Assembly: GCA_951406725.2 (NCBI GenBank) | Contig: OX597817.1 | Span: 87,668,001 to 87,732,000, forward strand | DNA length: 64,000 nt | Source: Octopus vulgaris | Taxonomy: Eukaryota | Direction: 5' to 3' | Shown here: in pieces, positions 24,343 to 35,935 of the stretch | Numbering within the stretch: position 1 is the first letter of the stretch | Layout: each line of letters starts with the position of its first letter | Notes under the pieces: generated by a model | Database searches by the model: none | What the model was told of the DNA's origin: nothing | The model's input: the letters and a program-made list of their open reading frames with translations, nothing else | Position numbers and translations under genes: made by a program

Positions 24343-27050
24343 CTAGTAGAATTCCCGGCATTTCACCAGTTGGAAAGTAGCTGTAAATGGCCCAGAATTG
24401 TTCTTAATGAAGGCATATTCAGTTTAATAGCACAATATTGCATTTCTTTGGAAAAGTTGCCTTTCATGTAAGAAATGAATTTGTTTTCCAATACATTTAT
24501 TGAAGTCTGGAGTCTTATACAGTATGCTGCAGACTTGCTCTCAGAATTATTAGCATATTTCGCTATTTAATTGTGTAAATGGCATATATCTAAGTTAAGT
24601 GTATTAAATAAAAACATACGATTAATTCAATGTGAATATAGTTTTATTTCATTTGAAACTGCTATTGAATATAAACTGCTTTTATTTTTCAAATTATTAT
24701 CAAAGACCCTTTTTTTCTTTTTCTTTTTTTTACCTGAAACCTATGTTGGAGTAGACCTCAAGGTTCCAATAACTTTTAAAATTCTGTAGGATAGTGAACT
24801 ATTTCTTCCTAATCGGTAACAGTGTTTGTTGGTTTATAGATGTGACTATTTCTTGGATGTTCTTACAACAGATGCCTGTTGATGCTCTAGACACAAATTT
24901 TTTACGTACAGTCACTTGTATAAAGGTTGGGGAACATCTTTGATACTAATCAATTTTCTGTCTTAACCACTGCGCTCCTAGGAGTTGGTTTTATGGTACC
25001 GTTACTGCCGGAGGGAAATCTTCAACTTGTAACAAATTTTTGACAAAATGACTAGACAGCTGATCTCCGAAAAGACTAACTCTCATGATTGTATGTAATT
25101 CGAATATTTTAAATCTAGTCCAAAACAACGAGGCTTTGAAGCCTAGATTTAATCGGCTGTTGTCCCTTTTGAAATTACTGGGAGGATCTGACGAAAGTTA
25201 TCTGACAATATTTCTGCATGTCCTCCCGTCTAAGGTGTATTGTCACGCAAGTTTTTTAATTTTTTGTCCTGATCCTGCAGAGTTCTATGTGAACCAAAAT
25301 CATTTGGCATCTCGATTTCCTGAATTCTTGCAATGTTACAAACATATGCATCGTTTGTGCTCATGTTCAGAAACAGCAGTTTAAAACTAGGATCTGATAT
25401 ACACACCTTAGGAAGGAATATTACAGTAGTATCTGAAGAAACTGCAATAGTTATGCATTTCTTGTTGCAATTTGGCAAGCAAGAGACTGATCAGGAATGT
25501 TTTTCCGATTTCACCATGGACATTAAGGAAGTTAATTCCATCTTCATGTTGCTAAATCCTCTCACAATAGCTGAAGAGGTTACCCCTTTCTCGGTAATTA
25601 GTTTGTGTTCGTTGTCATTGACATAGGCTATGAATGTGACAGTATTATATGAATGCATATTTCAACATTTCTGTTGCTAAATTATTAACTTCAGTCTTGT
25701 TAGGTTGAGGGAAACCGTATTTTCTAACTTCTTAACCGTTTATATCTTTAATCTTACCAATGAAGGTTACGACTGTGAACCCTTTTCCAATGCTGGAGTA
25801 CATCTGTTGATCTTTATTACTGAAATCTTCAGCAAGGTCATAACAATACTTGAAAGCTTAAAATAATTGGATGGTTTGCAGCAGCATTTTAACAGAATAT
25901 TGTAAATAATCTTAAAACTATTGGCTTTATGAGATAAAGAAGCTACTAGCTATGTTGCATCAAGGATAATATGATCTTCGTTCAGGAAGGCATCATGTCC
26001 AAGTATGAATCATATATCTGTGGGCACTACAAACTTCACCATTGACAATTTGAAGATCTACAAATAAAATTGTATCTCGCGCTTTATGGAGAAGAGGTCC
26101 AAGGAGGAAACATTCATGATGACTGACGAATATAGTGTACTCGCTTCCAATGACACTGTTAAAAAATATGTCAAGCTGGTTTTCAAAAGAGGCACTTTGC
26201 ATTTTTCGTTTCCATTCCTTATTGTTCTATATACAGTAAGACAGATCCTGGTGGTACATCAATGTTTCATAAAGGGACGATACTGATACATCTTGTCAAA
26301 TACAATAAGCCTTTGTAACCCTTAGGTTTCGTGCTTGCTGTCCAGCGGTATCTTGAATAGAGTAAACCCAATGACCATTTTCCATGTAGACAGTAAGTTG
26401 TTGAATGTTGGAGTTTTTCCTGAATGGAAAAGACGAAAGAGTTCTCGAAAGCTTCGTTGTTCTTTATTCGTTGTCCCTGCTGGAATTGAGTAACTTCATC
26501 ATAGCTGCTTTACTTCGATGAAGCAAACATTGCAGCACCTTATCTCTTGCTGACATATCTAGATATATTTGATGAATTTTGTTGATTCAAAATTGATGCA
26601 TCCATTAAATGCTTTGGTCAGATTTGGGTTAGATGGAACTATCCCTTGTCAGTTTTGTGCTATTCACTGCTGCTCTTCTTCTGGAACTAGGATAGTTTTC
26701 ATCACTTGTTTTTGTCTCCTTGACAAATGGTCTTGGAAAACATTCGGGGCATTGGTGTCAACTATGCCAAGTGTACTCAGAAATCCAGAACCGCTTTGGA
26801 TTTTAACAGTTATGAGATCTCTTCCTCCTTGCAAGGGGCTAGGAGCTCAAGAGGTATGATCGTATCAATCTGAGTGAAGTGAGTTTATAATCATATCAAA
26901 AGGTGTGTATGTGTCAAGTCTTCATTTTATGTTGTATAAGTGGTGATCATTTAGAGAAAACTTTGGCATAAAAGAGACTATATTTGGTATGATCAATATT
27001 TGAACTTGCATCCATAAAATGTAACTCTCCTCTTAAATTAATTAACATCA
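24343..27050 (-). mobile_element. Decayed autonomous Helitron (RepHel remnants with 3' terminus)
   Basis: Minus-strand peptides FPRPFVKET...YP.SRR, IQQLTVYMENGHWVY, FLLGPLLHKA....FVDLQIVNG (Rep and linker) and IAVSSDTTVIFLP......SFKL (PIF1 motif Ia). CTAG at 24343 next to a degenerate hairpin. Confidence 0.8.
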
Positions 27051-28309
27051 GTAATGAAAGTCATAATCAGTAGCAACTTTTTGGAGATGAGACACAAAAA
27101 CGGAAAAAACATAAAGCTGAGCCTTAACAGCTTGGACGAAGAAAAAGTTATATCGTTAAGGTATGTTCTTCTGCTTTGTATTTTGTTTCCATTGTATATG
27201 TTGCCTAACAACTGTATTATATGGTTATTGATATCTCCCAGAGTATACCATTCTGTGTAAGACATAGAAACTGCTATAATCTTTAGTGAGACAACTGAGG
27301 ATGGCTTATTTTTCATTTCACTTTTCTTCATTTGTAACATTTGACATGCGTTTTTATCTTTCAAACTCATCCATCCTTTATATCTACTATTTTCTCACGT
27401 GTTTATTTTGTTTCAAACTACTATGGCTTTCTTTTTCTCTCTTCTTTGTTTCTGGCTCCTTTTTTTCTTCCACTTTCTTCCTGTCTCTTGTACATGGTTT
27501 TTATCTACCAAATTCACTTACAGCATAATGGTGGATTCGACACTACAGCAATAGAACAAGGTACCATGCAATCTGATCGAAGCCGGAATTATATTATTGC
27601 AAAGCAAACTTCTCAACCACAAATTCTTACATCTGTATTCTAAATTCTAAATCTAGAAAATTGTTGATTTATTCAAAACCAAATAGTTTTATGGCGAAGT
27701 AAGATATGTATGTTCTTGTTAGATATCATTAAAACGAAAAAAAACATTTTTTACTAACAATGAAAATAAGAAAAGGAAAAAAAACATTTCCTTCTACTTT
27801 TAAGAATGCTCTGTTGGTGATTTCACGTTACACTTCTGGCAAATATTTCTGTTCTTGATTGTTTTGTTTTCAACTTCCAAAAAACTTTTACATATTCCCA
27901 AGTTAAAATAGAAATTCTTAACTATTTCCACTCATTCGTAAAGATATTCTTGTCGCTAGTTTTATTCAGTTTCTCGGTTAATTCGGGAAAAAAGAAAAGA
28001 TTAAAGTTTCGATGGTTTTAAGTGAAACAGGTTTAAGATCCAGAAAAGGAACAATTCGCCTTATTATTCGCTGTAATAAATAATATATTTGATGACCCAT
28101 TCACACACATAGGTCATCAAACAGTGAGAAAAGCTTACGTAATGTCTTTTTGTCAGGGTTAACTACTACAGATAGATATTATTCTGTAGGATACTGTTCT
28201 CCCTTTATTGCTTACCAATATCTGTAGTTACCAGGATCTAAAACTACAGAAGTTTTTTTACCATGTCGCTCTGCTACCTAACAAATAACTGAGCGATGCT
28301 AGAATAGAG

Positions 28310-28385
28310 TCACTGGTGGTTGAGTTAGTAAAGTACTGAACAACTGTTCAAACTATTATCGGTTCGAGACCAGGTCAATGTGACG
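28310..28385 (+). mobile_element. Isolated tRNA-like SINE head
   Basis: tggttgagttag (A-box-like) and ggttcgagacc (B box) at tRNA-like spacing; no complete cloverleaf seen. Confidence 0.45.
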
Positions 28386-29206
28386 CCATTGTATACACAA
28401 CTAATTATCAGCTTAACCAGCTGTATTAAACCTCGGGGTACCTACACTTTATGGTTGTAATTAGCAGGAGCATTGAATAAGTGATGAGTGTTATGTGTTT
28501 CAAGTTCTGTGCATGCGAAAAACGGATCAGAAAACAAGCACAGACTCAGTTTGCCATCTTGATTTAATAGTATAGTATTTGATGCTAGCTCTTGTTTATG
28601 AAGCAAGTTGATGAGTAACAGACCGTCTGAAATTGAATTTACTATGCTCAGATATCCATTTATTTGAGTTCAATTCAGTATAAAGCATAACAAAAAATAA
28701 GCTCTCTCCAAGTTGAAGCCAAGGTCCCGTTTTGATCCCAACTAAAATCATTTCATTTCTTTAACATTCTCTGAGCATCAAATGCGTCGAATGAATTTGA
28801 GGCAGTGTGGCTACGCCAGAAATAACCTATGTTTTAACCAATTGTACCTCTAAACCACCGTTATTTTTGTGGTGATATAAAAATACTAAATTTAGACAGG
28901 CTCTAAAGATTCTTAAACAACATTATTGCATGCAAGCATTTATAAATAAGAGGTCAGTAGTACAGAATTATAGACAAAGGTTAGAAAATTTAATTTTTTT
29001 TAAATCAACTATATTTCTACTCGTAAATAAACAGTAAAAGGTTCATACATATTTTTCTGCATCTTGCGAATTTAGCTGGTATAAGATTAAAATGATATTT
29101 TATGAGCTAATCTGTGGCAGGATTTGGAGTGGCTGTACCGTATCTTCTCAGAACATATTAAACTAAAAGATCAGAATGTTCGCCTGACGATTGCAAAGTT
29201 TTAGTA

Positions 29207-29239
<33 letters not shown>

Positions 29240-29556
29240 CTGACTGACTGACTGACTGATTTATTAGTTGAATGATTGATTAGTTGGTTGATTGGTTGAT
29301 TAGTTTATTGATTGATTGATAATATCTTTTTGAGCAAGGAATGAGATCCAGAGAGATGTAAAGGAGAGGAAGAAATATTTGAATCCAAGTACGTATTTCG
29401 AAAGGGGTCTGGGAAGACATCAAGGTGAGGCTTGTGTAAGAAGAAGAAGCAAATACATTCAGTGAATATAGTTTGAGATACAATAGTAAGTTCCGTGTAA
29501 AAACAACAAACTAAATAGAAGAAAACTATTGGATACAAAATATTATCATTATTATT

Positions 29557-29621
<65 letters not shown>

Positions 29622-29636
29622 TATTATTATTATTAT

Positions 29637-32504
29637 TCTATGTTTGACTTTTGCTTTATGTCTGTACAAGTTGGCTCCAAGTCTCACCCAGAGACCTCAA
29701 GAGACAACAGGTTGGAAGTTCTGTGCCATATATTTGTGGGGGGTTTTTTTGTGTTGTACTAGTGAATGTCTAATACATAAAAAAAAAATAATAAATGAAT
29801 AAATAAATAAATAAATAAAAGTTTGTTTTAAACCTTGGGATTACATAGAGAGTATTTTGCGTAGGATATGAGCAGTTCCCATGAGCACTATCTTTTGAAT
29901 TTCTGCCATGTTGGGGTTTCCTGGTATCTGAGTTAGGTAGCAATCAGTCCCTTTCGCTATCATTCCCAGGGCACCTATGACAACAGGTATTGTTTTAGTC
30001 TTCAGCTTCCACATTTTGCTGATTTCTATTTCAAGATCTTTATATTTGCTCAGTTTTTGGTAGGTCTTGACAGATACGTTTATATCGATTGGGACAGTCG
30101 TATCAATGAGGAGGCATGTTCTTTGTCTGAAGTCTTTCAATATAATGTCTGGCCTATTTGCATCTATCTTCCTGTCAGTTTGAATGGTGAAGTTCCAGAG
30201 GAGTGAGATGTGGTCATTTTCAAGCACAGGAGGTGGATTGTGTTCCCACCAGTTTTTTTCATGGGGCAAATCCTGGTTTTTGCAAATTACCCAGTGAATA
30301 TATTGTGCAGCTCTATCATGCCTACTGAGGTACTCTGTAGGCGCTAGAAGACTGCATTTGGAGACAACATGGTCAATGGTTTCATTTTGTTGTCGGCATA
30401 CACGACATGTTGGGCTGCTGCCGTTCTTTAATATGTTGGCCTGGTAGTTTCTTGTTGGTAGGCATTGATCTTGAGCTGCTATGATAAACCCCTCTGTTTC
30501 AGATTTTAAGCCAGAGGCCATTAGCCATTGATGGGTCAGGGCTTTGTCGATATCTGCATTATTCGCTCTCTTTGGGTATTTGCCATAGAGAGGTTTTTCT
30601 TGCCATTTATTATTCAGAATATCTAAGGCCGCAGTTTTGGCACGGGTTTTCATGCGCCTAGCTTTTTCTGTGCTTGTTTCTTGTATATCTATCTCTAATT
30701 CCGAAATTGGTTGTATTCGGAATTCACTTAGATATTCCTTTGCCTGTTTTGTGACTGAGTATGATGCTTTCTTGTTTTCATGTTTTGAGACAAGTTTTAA
30801 CATCCAGTCCTCAGAGTTTTTCAGGTAGGTGTCTAGGCCAATTGTAGCAATCTTCATTGTTATTGCCAGTTGCAAAAGACCACGGCCTCCCTCTTTTCTT
30901 GGCAGATAGAGTCGTTCTGTATCTGCCTTAGGGTGGTGCATTCTATGCATTGTCAACAGTTTCCTTATTTTTCTGTCGAGCTGACATATTTCAGTAATTG
31001 ACCAGTTAACAATATTGAAACTGTAAGTCACGACTGGTATGGCTAATGCATTGATCGCTTCGATCCTGTTTCTTGCATTCAGCTCTGTCTTGAGTATTGC
31101 TCTCACTCTTCGATAGCATTCTCTCCTTATCCTTTCCTTCATCTCTGAATGCCTTATTCCGTTCCCTTCAATTACCCCTAGGTACTTGTAGCTCTCCGCT
31201 GGATCTAGTTCTTTTATGACATTCTGTTGGTCAAGGTTAACGTTAGGTGTTTCTGTCATTTTTCCTTTGATAAAGGTAGCCTTTGCACATTTATCGAGGC
31301 CGAATTGCATTCTGATGTCGTCACTGAATTGTTTGACTATCGCTAGTAAGCCCTTGAGTTGTTGATCATTTTTTGCAAAAAGCTTTAAATCATCCATGTA
31401 AACGAGATGATTTATATTTTTATCAAACATTTTATACCCGTACTGCGCGTCATTGAGCAGCTTTGAGAGAGGTATTAAGGATAAACAAAAGAGGAGTGGT
31501 GACAGTGAGTCACCCTGGAAAATGCCACACGAAATTTTTACATCACCAGCATTTCGGGATTCATTGTCACTGTTCAGAGTTAGTGTGGTTCTCCATGATC
31601 TCATACTTACAGTCAAGAAGTTTCGCAGAGTAGGTGCTATCTTATACATTTCGAGGCATTTCCTAATCCAGCTATGTGGTAGGCTATCAAAAGCCTTTTG
31701 ATAGTCTATCCAGGCTATTGATAAGTTTTTGTGTCGTTTGTGACAATCTTCTAAGATCATCTTATTGATGAGTAGTTGGTCTTTACAGCCGTAGGATCTA
31801 CGTTTACATCCTTTCTGTTCATTAGGGAATATGCTGCTGTCTGTTAAAAAACTATAGGTATATTCCGTCAGGACAGATGTTAGTGTTTTGTACATAGTTG
31901 TTAAGCAGGTTATGGGTCTATAGTTTTTTGGTTCATTTGTTTCTTCACTTTTTGGAAGCAGGAATGTTAACCCATTAACTAGCCAAGGAGGCATCCTACT
32001 AGGGTGTTGCAAAACATCATTGTACAGTTCTGTTAGCAGTTCATGGCTCTCTGGGAAGGCATTCAGCCAGAAGTTAGGAATTTTATCCTTTCCTGGAGAC
32101 TTCCATTTGCTTGACCTCCTGAGAGCAGATCTTATATCTTCTACCTTGACACCCTCCCACTTTTGCTCTTCTAAGGGGTCCAGTTCTGTAGATATTCTGT
32201 CAATCCAGGGGGCCTTTTCGTTGTGTGTTTTTTCTTCTGCCCAGATTTTATTCCAAAATCCCTGCACTTCTTCTTTTGATGGTACAGACCTTGCAGTAAA
32301 CGCTGCTTTACCTATCTTCCTGTAAAAATTCTTGGTGTTATTTTTGAACATGTTGTTGTCCTTGAAAAATCTAACACGCTTTTCATACCTCGCTATGCGG
32401 GCAGCTTTGGCAGATACCTTTTGTTTGATGGTTTCTATGGTGGCATCAATATCAAGTATAGTTTTCATATTGTATTTTTTCAGTAATTTTTGGGTTTTTG
32501 TAGG

Positions 32505-32507
<3 letters not shown>
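29637..32507 (-). mobile_element. R4/Dong-type RLE non-LTR retrotransposon, 5'-truncated, in a (TAA)n/(TGA)n microsatellite
   Basis: Flanked by TAA repeats on both sides in the element's sense; one uninterrupted ORF plus ~200-nt 3'UTR. Confidence 0.95.
29841..32468 (-). CDS. Reverse transcriptase + CCHC knuckle + restriction-like endonuclease (R4/Dong clade), N-terminally truncated
   Basis: YRPITCL, WIDYQKAFDS, GIFQGDSLSPLLF, YMDD, CRVC...ETIDHVVSKC, RHD, RPDI...LID, KxxKY. The frame stays open to the TAA junction at ~32507. Confidence 0.95.
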   Translation of the reverse strand: MKTILDIDATIETIKQKVSAKAARIARYEKRVRFFKDNNMFKNNTKNFYRKIGKAAFTARSVPSKEEVQGFWNKIWAEEKTHNEKAPWIDRISTELDPLEEQKWEGVKVEDIRSALRRSSKWKSPGKDKIPNFWLNAFPESHELLTELYNDVLQHPSRMPPWLVNGLTFLLPKSEETNEPKNYRPITCLTTMYKTLTSVLTEYTYSFLTDSSIFPNEQKGCKRRSYGCKDQLLINKMILEDCHKRHKNLSIAWIDYQKAFDSLPHSWIRKCLEMYKIAPTLRNFLTVSMRSWRTTLTLNSDNESRNAGDVKISCGIFQGDSLSPLLFCLSLIPLSKLLNDAQYGYKMFDKNINHLVYMDDLKLFAKNDQQLKGLLAIVKQFSDDIRMQFGLDKCAKATFIKGKMTETPNVNLDQQNVIKELDPAESYKYLGVIEGNGIRHSEMKERIRRECYRRVRAILKTELNARNRIEAINALAIPVVTYSFNIVNWSITEICQLDRKIRKLLTMHRMHHPKADTERLYLPRKEGGRGLLQLAITMKIATIGLDTYLKNSEDWMLKLVSKHENKKASYSVTKQAKEYLSEFRIQPISELEIDIQETSTEKARRMKTRAKTAALDILNNKWQEKPLYGKYPKRANNADIDKALTHQWLMASGLKSETEGFIIAAQDQCLPTRNYQANILKNGSSPTCRVCRQQNETIDHVVSKCSLLAPTEYLSRHDRAAQYIHWVICKNQDLPHEKNWWEHNPPPVLENDHISLLWNFTIQTDRKIDANRPDIILKDFRQRTCLLIDTTVPIDINVSVKTYQKLSKYKDLEIEISKMWKLKTKTIPVVIGALGMIAKGTDCYLTQIPGNPNMAEIQKIVLMGTAHILRKILSM

Positions 32508-32568
<61 letters not shown>

Positions 32569-32623
32569 CATTATTATTATCATCATCATCATCATTATTA
32601 TTAATAATGATAATAATGATAAA

Positions 32624-33118
32624 TGCCCTGATGCAGTACCAGACAGTGGCTCTCATGGCTCCTGATCTTAACTGATTGGAAGTGTTACCATGTACATTAT
32701 TTTGTCTTGGTATAAAAGATGAGCCACAGCAAATATTCTGCTCAATACCACAGACTTGCTTGTCAGTTGTTTGACCTTAACCAGTTGAGCATGTCCCTTA
32801 GTGGCTGACGATATGTGCATCTCTGATCACAAGAAGAAGTAGTGGTTCGTTCAACATCCTGAAACAATCCTTATTCAGGGACCTTTTGAGCGGGATGGGC
32901 TACTCGACTAGAAGAAATCTCTAACTGGGCCCCACCTGCAAGGTCATGCGCTGTATATCTTTATATGAGATCACTATGTCGTGCACATATGGTTGTGATG
33001 CATGTGCCTGGTGTACCCTTATCAGACGGGTAGTCGTGACTGGTTTACTGGGCTTTGTGTATTTTACCCCAGTGTCACTTTGATGACATGCACTGCTCTC
33101 TCACTCAATTATAATAAC

Positions 33119-33152
<34 letters not shown>
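32624..33152 (+). mobile_element. Non-coding (TAA)n-associated element, copy 2 (with (TAA)n tail)
   Basis: Homologous to 1834-2290; TAA/TGA repeats on both sides. Confidence 0.85.
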
Positions 33153-33154
<2 letters not shown>

Positions 33155-33251
33155 GTATTCATCTTGATGAGGTCTGTTATGTGTATGTGTAAGTGCCGTA
33201 CCATCACAAATGTATGACTACATATGAGTAATGGCTGCACCGTCACAAGGT

Positions 33252-33411
33252 GCAGGCGTGGCTACGTGGTAAGAAGTACGCTTTCTAACCATATGGTCCC
33301 AGATTCAGTCCCACTGTGTGCAACCTTGAGTATGTGTCTTCCACAATAGCCTCTAGCTCACCAGAGTATTTTGAATGGATTTGGTAGACAAAGACTGAAT
33401 GAAACCCGTCA

Positions 33412-33470
<59 letters not shown>

Positions 33471-33475
33471 GTGCG

Positions 33476-33535
<60 letters not shown>

Positions 33536-33655
33536 TTTGTTCCCCACCTTGGCACACTTGGAATGTTTACGCCCCAAGAACTTAACGGTTCGACAGATAC
33601 AATACGTACCAAAACTAAAAAAAAAAGTGCTGAAGTCAATTCCTTCGACTAAAAT
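33252..33655 (+). mobile_element. Family A CORE-type SINE with expanded (GT)n
   Basis: gcaggcgtggctacgtggtaagaag...ttcagtcccactg...accttgag; matches the 16491 copy. Confidence 0.85.
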
Positions 33656-33779
33656 TCCTGAAAGTTGTATAAGGACGCCTCCTCCAGCTGGTTATCGATG
33701 CAATCTGCGCCCGATATATATTGCAAATAGGGGTGCGAGCCTCTGTCATCTTCTAGCTACGACAGGACCACCAGATCGT

Positions 33780-33987
33780 CCAATATACATACATACATAT
33801 AATGAACAATGTATACATATATATACATATATACATATATAATGAATAATATATATATATATATATACATATATTTATATATAACATGAATAATATATAT
33901 TTATATATACATATATATATATAAAATGAATGATATATATATATATGTATATATATATATATGTATGTATATATATATATGTATATA

Positions 33988-34041
<54 letters not shown>

Positions 34042-34092
34042 TATATATATATATGCATATATATATGTGCATATATATATTTATATTCATAT
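33780..34092. repeat. Degenerate (AT)n microsatellite
   Basis: Directly visible. Confidence 0.9.
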
Positions 34093-34488
34093 ATGGGTAC
34101 AGGACGTCACCAACTGTGTAAACAACATGAAATACGTAGACAAACGAGTTAAATACGTAAACAACGAGTGAAAATGGAAAACAGGACAAGTAAACACAGA
34201 GAAACAATCTTTCTTCAGTTGCCGGTTGCCTATCTACTCCTTATTTCAAACATTCAACGACAATATGAGTCTTCAAAGACAGTTTCTCCCATAAATTCTA
34301 AAATAAAATTTAGGATTTATGGAGGGTCAATGTCGGAAACAAAGACAGGACAGTGGAGACATACAAGGAAACCGAACAAAAACAAGCAGAGAGTCGTTAG
34401 ACCCGAACGAGAGGAAAATAGTGAACGCTGGGAGAAATATTTTCTTTGAAAAGAGAGAAAAAACGTCCAGTCCTTTGAACGTATATAT

Positions 34489-34547
<59 letters not shown>

Positions 34548-34640
34548 AAAAAAGGTTTGAAAATGCAATTTAAACGATGTTTATTTACTTAACCGGTTTC
34601 ACTCTTTGGTAAAAGATTGTCAAAAGTTACATTTAAGGAA

Positions 34641-34868
34641 ACATTGAATAATATGGGTTCAAAAAAAGTTTTTTACATAATTGTCACATTGAATATTATG
34701 CATTCAAAAAAAGTTTTTTACATAATTGTCACATTGGATATTATGGGTTCAAAAAAAGTTTTTTACATAATTGTCACATTGAATATTATGCATTCAAAAA
34801 GTTTTTACATAATTGTCACATTGGATATTATGAATTCAAAAATGTTTTTTTATACATAATTGTCACAT
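34641..34868. repeat. ~45-bp minisatellite, ~5 units
   Basis: Unit acattgaatattatgcattcaaaaaaagttttttacataattgtc, with alternating gggttc/gcattc variants. Confidence 0.92.
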
Positions 34869-35135
34869 TATTTGGGAAAATTTGGCAGAAAAGGATAAAA
34901 CAAATATATTATTGGGAATTGGTTGCGTTAATTATTGGTTGTCGCAAATTGTCACATTACATGTATATATATACAATCTTTGGTATATATATACAGCGTT
35001 TTGACAGCAAAAATTAAAATGGATTTTTTGTACATCTCAGAATATTTTAAGTATGTTTTTACTGACCTGTCAGTATTAGCAGAAAGGCTGAACTGAGAGA
35101 ACAGAAGAAGTAGCCAATGTGGTGTATACAATGTG

Positions 35136-35184
<49 letters not shown>

Positions 35185-35186
35185 CA

Positions 35187-35416
35187 TACAAATAGGAAAA
35201 AAGCAACAAGAATGGATTAAAATCTCGGTACAATCGTTTCGTACGAGGATATCTTTAATAAGCTACAAAAAATGCAGTGAATACAGATGGCTCGTACGAG
35301 TACGAGTACGAGCCATCTGTATTCACTGCATTTTTTGTAGCTTATTAAAGATGTCCTCGTACGAAACGATTGTACCGAGATTTTAATCCATTCTTGTTGC
35401 TTTTTTCCTATTTGTA
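35187..35416. repeat. Near-perfect inverted repeat (111-bp arms, 8-bp spacer)
   Basis: 35187-35297 is the reverse complement of 35306-35416; one mismatch seen. Confidence 0.95.
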
Positions 35417-35935
35417 ATCACCCCACTTGTCGTATGGTTAACACCATATAGATTTCCGGTGCATCCTAGTTAAGGACCATATTCATGTGAATTCATTAGA
35501 ATTCACTTGAATCTCAATTACTTAACCGAATATACATACATACATATATACAAGGAATTAGTATGGGGTCCTCAATTTTCCCTAAGCCATCTTTATAGAT
35601 TCTACCTCTCTCTAAGTTGTATAGCTCTCTAACTTATTTCTATATTACTCAGCACTTAAAGTCAAATAAGTATTCGTCGATGGAAGATCAATAGTGAGAA
35701 TAGTCTTGTCAAAAGAAGTCAGCAGTAAAGGGAAAAGTTTGCAGTTTGTATCCCATTAAACCATGTTTTGTCCAATACCAAGATATTGAACTCGCAACAA
35801 CTGCGTCAATGTAATCCATTCGTAACTACAACTAGTGATAATATTTACATTTGTAAGCTGTAACAGCACTAGTTTGTCAGTTAGCTTATAGAACTGTGTT
35901 CAATTCATCTCTCAGTTAAAAGCTGTCTATGATAA

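Noticed and set aside
32624-33108. Reading this segment as the 5'UTR of the adjacent Dong ORF
   Set aside because: It is separated by a microsatellite that flips polarity, the ORF is truncated mid-protein, and another copy occurs independently at 1834.
34641-34868. Regular repeats resembling a CRISPR array
   Set aside because: Contiguous tandem units with no unique spacers, no cas genes, and a eukaryotic context.
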